DNA of 64,000 bases, from contig CAVQYR010000001.1 of assembly GCA_963718235.1 (NCBI GenBank), positions 1,472,001-1,536,000 on the forward strand, in the 5' to 3' direction. The notes beneath the pieces were generated by a model. It ran no database searches and was not told the DNA's origin. It was given only the letters and a program-made list of their open reading frames with translations. Below are positions 59,520 through 64,000 of this stretch, piece after piece (positions within the stretch are counted from its first letter, which is position 1; the number at the start of each line of letters is the position of its first letter). This stretch comes from an uncultured Actinomycetota bacterium (lineage in GTDB: Bacteria > Actinomycetota > Actinomycetes > JAHEKZ01). Position numbers and translations under genes: made by a program.

Positions 59520-60713
59520 GTGCGCGTCGTGATGTTCACCGGCAAGGGCGGGGTCGGAAAGACCACCGCGGCTGCCGGCGCCGCCGTGCTCGCGGCCCAC
59601 CGCGGACTCAAGACCCTCGTGCTGTCGACCGACCCCGCACACTCGCTGGCCGATGCCTTGGCGGTCCCCGTCCGGGCCGAGCCGGACGAGGCGCTGCCCG
59701 GCCTGTTCGTGCAGCAGGTCGACTCGCAGCGCCGGCTCGAGCACTCGTGGCGGGAGATCCAGGAGTACCTCATGGCCGTGCTCGACGGGGCGGGCTTCGA
59801 CGCCGTCGCGGCCGAGGAGCTCACCGTGCTGCCCGGGGCGGAGGAGGTCCTGGCCCTGCTCGAGGTGCGTGACCAGGTGCGCTCGGGGCGGTGGGACGTC
59901 GTGGTCCTCGACTGTGCGCCCACCGCGGAGACCCTGCGGCTCCTGGCCCTGCCCGAGGCGCTTCAGTGGTACCTCGACCGGATGGCTCCGGTGCGCCGCC
60001 AGGTGGCGCGCTCGCTCCGGCCGATCCTGGGTCGGATGCTCGACACCAGCGGCGCCCCGGTCCCCGACCCACACGTGCTCGACGCCGTCGGGAGGCTCCA
60101 ACGCGAGCTGGCCGAGGTCCATGAGGTGCTCACCGCCCCTGGCACCTCGGTCCGGCTGGTCCTGACCCCGGAGTCGGTGGTGGTGGCTGAGGCCCGGCGC
60201 ACGCTGACCACCTTGGCGCTGTACGGCTACCGGGTCGACGGGGTGGTCGCGAACCGGGTGTTCCCCCAGGACGGGGCAGACGACTGGCGCGCCGGGTGGG
60301 TGGCCGCGCAGACGCCGGTCCTCGCCGAGGTCGAGGCGTCGTTCGCCCCGCTGCCGCTGTACCGCTCGCCCTACCAGCCGGCCGAGCCGATCGGGCCGGA
60401 CGCACTGCTGGCGCTGACCGAGACGGTGTACCGCGACGCCGACCCGTTCGCCGTCCCGACCGCCCAGGACCTGATGACCGTGGACCGTGACGGCACCGAC
60501 TTCGTGCTGCGCCTGGCGCTGCCTCTGGCCAGCCGCAGCGACCTCGAGCTCACTCGGGTCGCCGACGACCTGGTCGTGACCGTGGGCGCGTACCGGCGGG
60601 TCCTGGCCCTGCCGGGCGCGCTCAAGCGGTGCGAGGTCACCTCGGCGGCACTGGACGACGGCCGGCTCAGCGTCACCTTCCGGCCCGACCCCTCGCTGTG
60701 GAGGTCGTCGTGA
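59520..60713 (+). CDS. ArsA/Get3-family ATPase with HSP20-like C-terminus
   Basis: GKGGVGKTT, STDPAHSL, DCAPT, VLTPE. Confidence 0.92.
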   Translation: MRVVMFTGKGGVGKTTAAAGAAVLAAHRGLKTLVLSTDPAHSLADALAVPVRAEPDEALPGLFVQQVDSQRRLEHSWREIQEYLMAVLDGAGFDAVAAEELTVLPGAEEVLALLEVRDQVRSGRWDVVVLDCAPTAETLRLLALPEALQWYLDRMAPVRRQVARSLRPILGRMLDTSGAPVPDPHVLDAVGRLQRELAEVHEVLTAPGTSVRLVLTPESVVVAEARRTLTTLALYGYRVDGVVANRVFPQDGADDWRAGWVAAQTPVLAEVEASFAPLPLYRSPYQPAEPIGPDALLALTETVYRDADPFAVPTAQDLMTVDRDGTDFVLRLALPLASRSDLELTRVADDLVVTVGAYRRVLALPGALKRCEVTSAALDDGRLSVTFRPDPSLWRSS

Positions 60714-61027
60714 GCGCCGGGGCCGAGGAGCCCCTCGGGTCCGCGGCGGAGGAGGCCGCCCGGCTGGCCGACGCGGTCGGCTCCTGGCTCAACGACCACC
60801 TGGCCGACGGGTCGTCGTCGTGCTCGGTGTGCCCGGTCTGTCAGCTGGTGACCGTCCTGCGCGAGACGCAGCCGGAGATCGCCGAGCACCTGACGAGGGC
60901 CGGTGAGTCGCTGGTCGCCGCCCTGCGTGCCGCCACCGCGTCGCACGAGCGGGCGTGGGCCCGGCCGGACCGACCGACCGTGCAGCGGATCGACATCGAC
61001 CCGCACGAAGCCGGTCCGGCAGAGTAG
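60710..61027 (+). CDS. Conserved hypothetical protein (CxxCPxC) between arsA-like and glucokinase genes
   Basis: LGSAAEEAARL, CSVCPVCQL, VQRIDI. Confidence 0.8.
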   Translation: MSAGAEEPLGSAAEEAARLADAVGSWLNDHLADGSSSCSVCPVCQLVTVLRETQPEIAEHLTRAGESLVAALRAATASHERAWARPDRPTVQRIDIDPHEAGPAE

Positions 61028-61033
61028 CCCGCC

Positions 61034-61933
61034 ATGGGGTACACGGTCGGGGTCGACGTCGGGGGCACCAAGGTGGCCGCGGTGCTCGTCGACGCCGCCG
61101 GCGTGGTGGCCGGTCGTACCCGGCGGCCCAGCACGACCGATGACTTCGCCGGGTTCGTCGACGCCATCGCCGGAGCCGTGGAGGACCTCCGGGCGCAGGC
61201 ACCCGTCGACGCCGTGGGTGTGGCCGTCGCCGGGAACGTGTCCGCCGACCGGTCGCGCGTCGTCACCAGCCCGAACCTGCCCCCGCTGAAGGGTCAACCG
61301 CTGCGCGACGAGCTCCAGGTGCGCCTCGGGCTCCCGGTCGTGCTGGACAACGACGCCAACGCGGCGGCCTGGGCGGAGTACCGCTTCGGCCCCTGGTCGC
61401 TGCACCAGGACATCGTCGTCATCACCGTCGGTACCGGGCTGGGCGGCGGGGTCATCCTGGATGGCCAGCTGCGCCGGGGGGCGCACGGGTTCGCCGGCGA
61501 GCCCGGGCACGTGCCGGTGGTCCCCGACGGCCGTCGCTGTCCCTGTGGCGGGCGCGGCTGCTGGGAGCAGTACGCCAGCGGCACCGCGCTGCTGCGCTAC
61601 TTCCGTGACGCCGGTGGGGACCCCCGCCTCGACGGTCCCGCGGTGACCGCCGCAGCGCAGGCGGGCGACCCGCACGCGCTGGCTGCCTTCGACGAGGTCG
61701 GACGCTGGCTGGGCTTCGGCCTTGCGGGGGTCGTCGCTTTGCTGGACCCGGCGTTCCTCGTGCTCGGCGGCGGGGTGGCCGACGCGGGGGAGCTGCTCCT
61801 GGAGCCGACCCGGCTGGGGTTCGCCCGGTCCATGGCCTGGGACACCGACCGGGTGCACCCGGACATCGTGGCTGCGGTCCTGGGCAACGAGGCGGGCGCT
61901 GTGGGTGCCGCTGCCCTGGCCACGTTGCGGTGA
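61034..61933 (+). CDS. glkA: ROK family glucokinase
   Basis: GVDVGGTK, NDANAAAWAE, GTGLGGG, CPCGGRGCWEQYASG. Confidence 0.9.
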   Translation: MGYTVGVDVGGTKVAAVLVDAAGVVAGRTRRPSTTDDFAGFVDAIAGAVEDLRAQAPVDAVGVAVAGNVSADRSRVVTSPNLPPLKGQPLRDELQVRLGLPVVLDNDANAAAWAEYRFGPWSLHQDIVVITVGTGLGGGVILDGQLRRGAHGFAGEPGHVPVVPDGRRCPCGGRGCWEQYASGTALLRYFRDAGGDPRLDGPAVTAAAQAGDPHALAAFDEVGRWLGFGLAGVVALLDPAFLVLGGGVADAGELLLEPTRLGFARSMAWDTDRVHPDIVAAVLGNEAGAVGAAALATLR

Positions 61934-62620
61934 ACGAACCCGGTCGCAGCCGGCTGCGGATCGTGTCGTGGAACGTCCGGTCACTGCGGGACGACCGGGC
62001 AGCCGTGGTGGCCGTGCTGCGCAGCCTCGACCCGGACGTCGTCGCCCTGCAGGAGGCTCCGCGGTTCCTGCGCAGTCGCACGCGGCTGGCCGCGCTGGCC
62101 CGGGAGTCGGGGCTGCTCTACTGCTGCGGCGGTCGGGCCAGTGCGGGGACCGCGCTGCTGACCGCCCTGAGGATCGACGTCGTGCGCTCCTCGGAGGCCC
62201 TGCTGCCGCCCTCCCCGAGGCTGCACCGACGCGGGGTCGCGCTGGCGGAGGTGCGTGCCGGCCGGCGCAGCGTCCGCGTGGGTGGTCACCAGCGTCCACC
62301 TCGGGCTCGACGCCGACGAGCGGGTTCGCCATGCCGAGGTCGTGCGTGAGCTCGTCGCCGCCTACCAGGGCGAGCGCGGCGTCATCGCCGGCGATCTCAA
62401 CGAGCGACCGGGTGGGCGAGCCTGGTCCACGCTGAGCCATGGGTTCGGTGACCCCGGGCGAACCGCCGACGCGCCGACCTACCCCGCCCGGGGTCCGGCG
62501 AGTCGGATCGATGTCGTGTTCGTCCCAGACGGCGTCGACGCAACCAGCCGCGTGGTCACCGGGCCTGCGGTGGTGGCCGCCAGCGACCACTGCCCCGTCG
62601 TGGTCGACGTCGTCGCCTGA
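61930..62620 (+). CDS. Endonuclease/exonuclease/phosphatase family protein, frameshifted near 62281
   Basis: SWNVRS, LQEAP in the first frame; SVHL, AGDLNE, RID, SDHCPV in the second; extra G in GTGGGTG. Confidence 0.85.
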
Positions 62621-62711
62621 TCCGCCGGCGCCGGCCCCTACGGTCGGCGACCGCTTCGCCCGATGAACCGGATGCGTGGTTTGCTACCGGTGGGGACGAG
62701 AGGAGCCGAGG

Positions 62712-64000
62712 ATGGATCTGGCGACCCTCGTTCGCCGGACGCCGCCGCGCCTGCTGCTGCCCCAGACGGCGACCGATGCCTACCCCCCGGACCGCCTGGA
62801 GCTGCTCGCCTCGCTGGCCGTGCCGACCTCGGGTCCGCGGGTCGAGCTGGCCGTGCTCGTCGACCCCGACGAGGGTGTGCACGTGGTGCCGCTCGTGGTC
62901 GAGGGCGAGTGGGTCCGGCCGGCTCGGGCCGGCGACGGTCTGGCGGTGGGCGTCGTCGAGCTGATCGACTCAGGGGCCAGCACCGGCCCCTTCGACATCC
63001 GGCGCCATGACGGGGGCGGCCTCGACCTCGTTGACGCCCGCAGCGAGCAGGTCGTGGCCAGCAGCGACGACACCGAGCGCTGGCTGGTGGCGGACCGGCT
63101 GGTGGTCACCGTGCACCGTCGACCGGCGGTCTACGGCGCCCCGCCGGTCGACCTGGTCGCCCACCTGCTGGCGGCCGGGTTCGGCGGGCTCCGTCGAGAC
63201 CACGGCGACCTGGGGCTGGTGGTCTCCGAGGACCTCCTCGGCGGCCAGGTCGAACTGTCGGCCGGTTGGGTCGGCCCCCTGGCCCACGTGACCGCTGCCG
63301 ACCCTGGCGCGCTGGTGCTGCGCGATGCGTTCACCGCCGCGCTGCTGACCGACATCCGTGGCGGAGGCACGCCGCGTGCAGTGTCCCTCGCGCAGCGCCT
63401 GGGATCCCTCGTGGCTGAGTACCACCTGGCCGGTGCGCGACCCACCCACCATCTGGCCGACCCGGTCACGTCGGCCGACCCGACCGTCGTCGCGTCCTGG
63501 CGCCGCGACACCGCAGACGCCGTCGCCGCCGCGTCGGTCCTGGCCGAGTCCGGCCCGGCGCAGCGGCTGCGTGCCGGGCGCGACCAGGTCCGAGACGCCG
63601 TGCGCTCCTTCGATGAGGCACTGGGCTGCGCCGTGCTTCCCGGTGAGGCACTGCCCGGTCTCGATGCGTTCCTCGCCGACCCCGACGAGACGTTGGTGCT
63701 GCATCCCGACGTGCTCGTCGCGACCCCGCAGGGGCACGCTGCTGCGCAGGACCTGGCCGTCGTCCTTCGGGGGGTCGGACACCTCGCGTGGATGACCCAT
63801 CGGCGGCTGGTGTTCGCCGGCGAGCCGATCCCGGCCGAGCTGATCGCCGACTGGGAGAACGGGGTCCGCGAGACGCTGGTCGACACCTACGTGCGGAACC
63901 TCGAGGATGCTGGTCGCGGCGAGCTGTTCGTGCCGGAGCTGCTGACGGCCTTCGAGGTCCAGGCCGAGTGCCAGGCCGTGGTGCGGGCAGCGCGCACGCT
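62712..64000 (+). CDS. Maltokinase/glucosamine-kinase-like (APH fold) protein with degenerate catalytic motifs; runs off the window edge
   Basis: GAGGAG upstream; open frame to the window end; RPARAGDG, HLLAAGF, LGSLVAEYH, QDLAVVLRGVGH; no HGDLH or DFD/E motif seen. Confidence 0.6.
   Translation, partial: MDLATLVRRTPPRLLLPQTATDAYPPDRLELLASLAVPTSGPRVELAVLVDPDEGVHVVPLVVEGEWVRPARAGDGLAVGVVELIDSGASTGPFDIRRHDGGGLDLVDARSEQVVASSDDTERWLVADRLVVTVHRRPAVYGAPPVDLVAHLLAAGFGGLRRDHGDLGLVVSEDLLGGQVELSAGWVGPLAHVTAADPGALVLRDAFTAALLTDIRGGGTPRAVSLAQRLGSLVAEYHLAGARPTHHLADPVTSADPTVVASWRRDTADAVAAASVLAESGPAQRLRAGRDQVRDAVRSFDEALGCAVLPGEALPGLDAFLADPDETLVLHPDVLVATPQGHAAAQDLAVVLRGVGHLAWMTHRRLVFAGEPIPAELIADWENGVRETLVDTYVRNLEDAGRGELFVPELLTAFEVQAECQAVVRAART

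Noticed and set aside
56627-59923. 1098-aa ORF suggesting a large N-terminal extension on the acyl-CoA ligase (similarly 54340-57483 and 43959-45236)
   Set aside because: The extensions overlap real genes in other frames; starts with RBS, overlap or -10 support lie at 58417, 55851 and 44564

Overview
High-GC actinobacterial chromosomal core region. It carries the conserved DUF4191-lipA-lipB ... dlaT/sucB-lpdA-pepA/gcvT-cobS-cobT-cobU ... iscA-adoK-ctaCDF-ldt-qcrBAC-ctaE-trpD-Lrp-DEDD exonuclease-NlpC/P60-pimB'-acyl-CoA ligase-SRPBCC-ArsA-glucokinase backbone. No rRNA, tRNA, CRISPR array, IS element or prophage was recognised. Main points of interest: (1) an eight-gene, translationally coupled operon under a cobalamin riboswitch (25933->17047, minus strand) that joins two exported putative B12-binding proteins and an ECF importer to a PhnP-like phosphodiesterase fused to CobU, then CobT and CobS; this is a candidate undescribed cobamide salvage/remodelling system; (2) a ~220-nt intergenic candidate sRNA built from C-rich-loop hairpins, with its own -10 box and terminator (13742->13523); (3) three exact PafBC/RecA-NDp DNA-damage promoter motifs, two upstream of genes not obviously linked to repair; (4) a c-di-AMP riboswitch leading a cell-envelope operon; (5) many probable leaderless promoters. 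Five genes carry single-base frameshifts that are most simply read as sequencing/assembly indels. All family assignments come from motif recognition and synteny by eye; no database searches were run.
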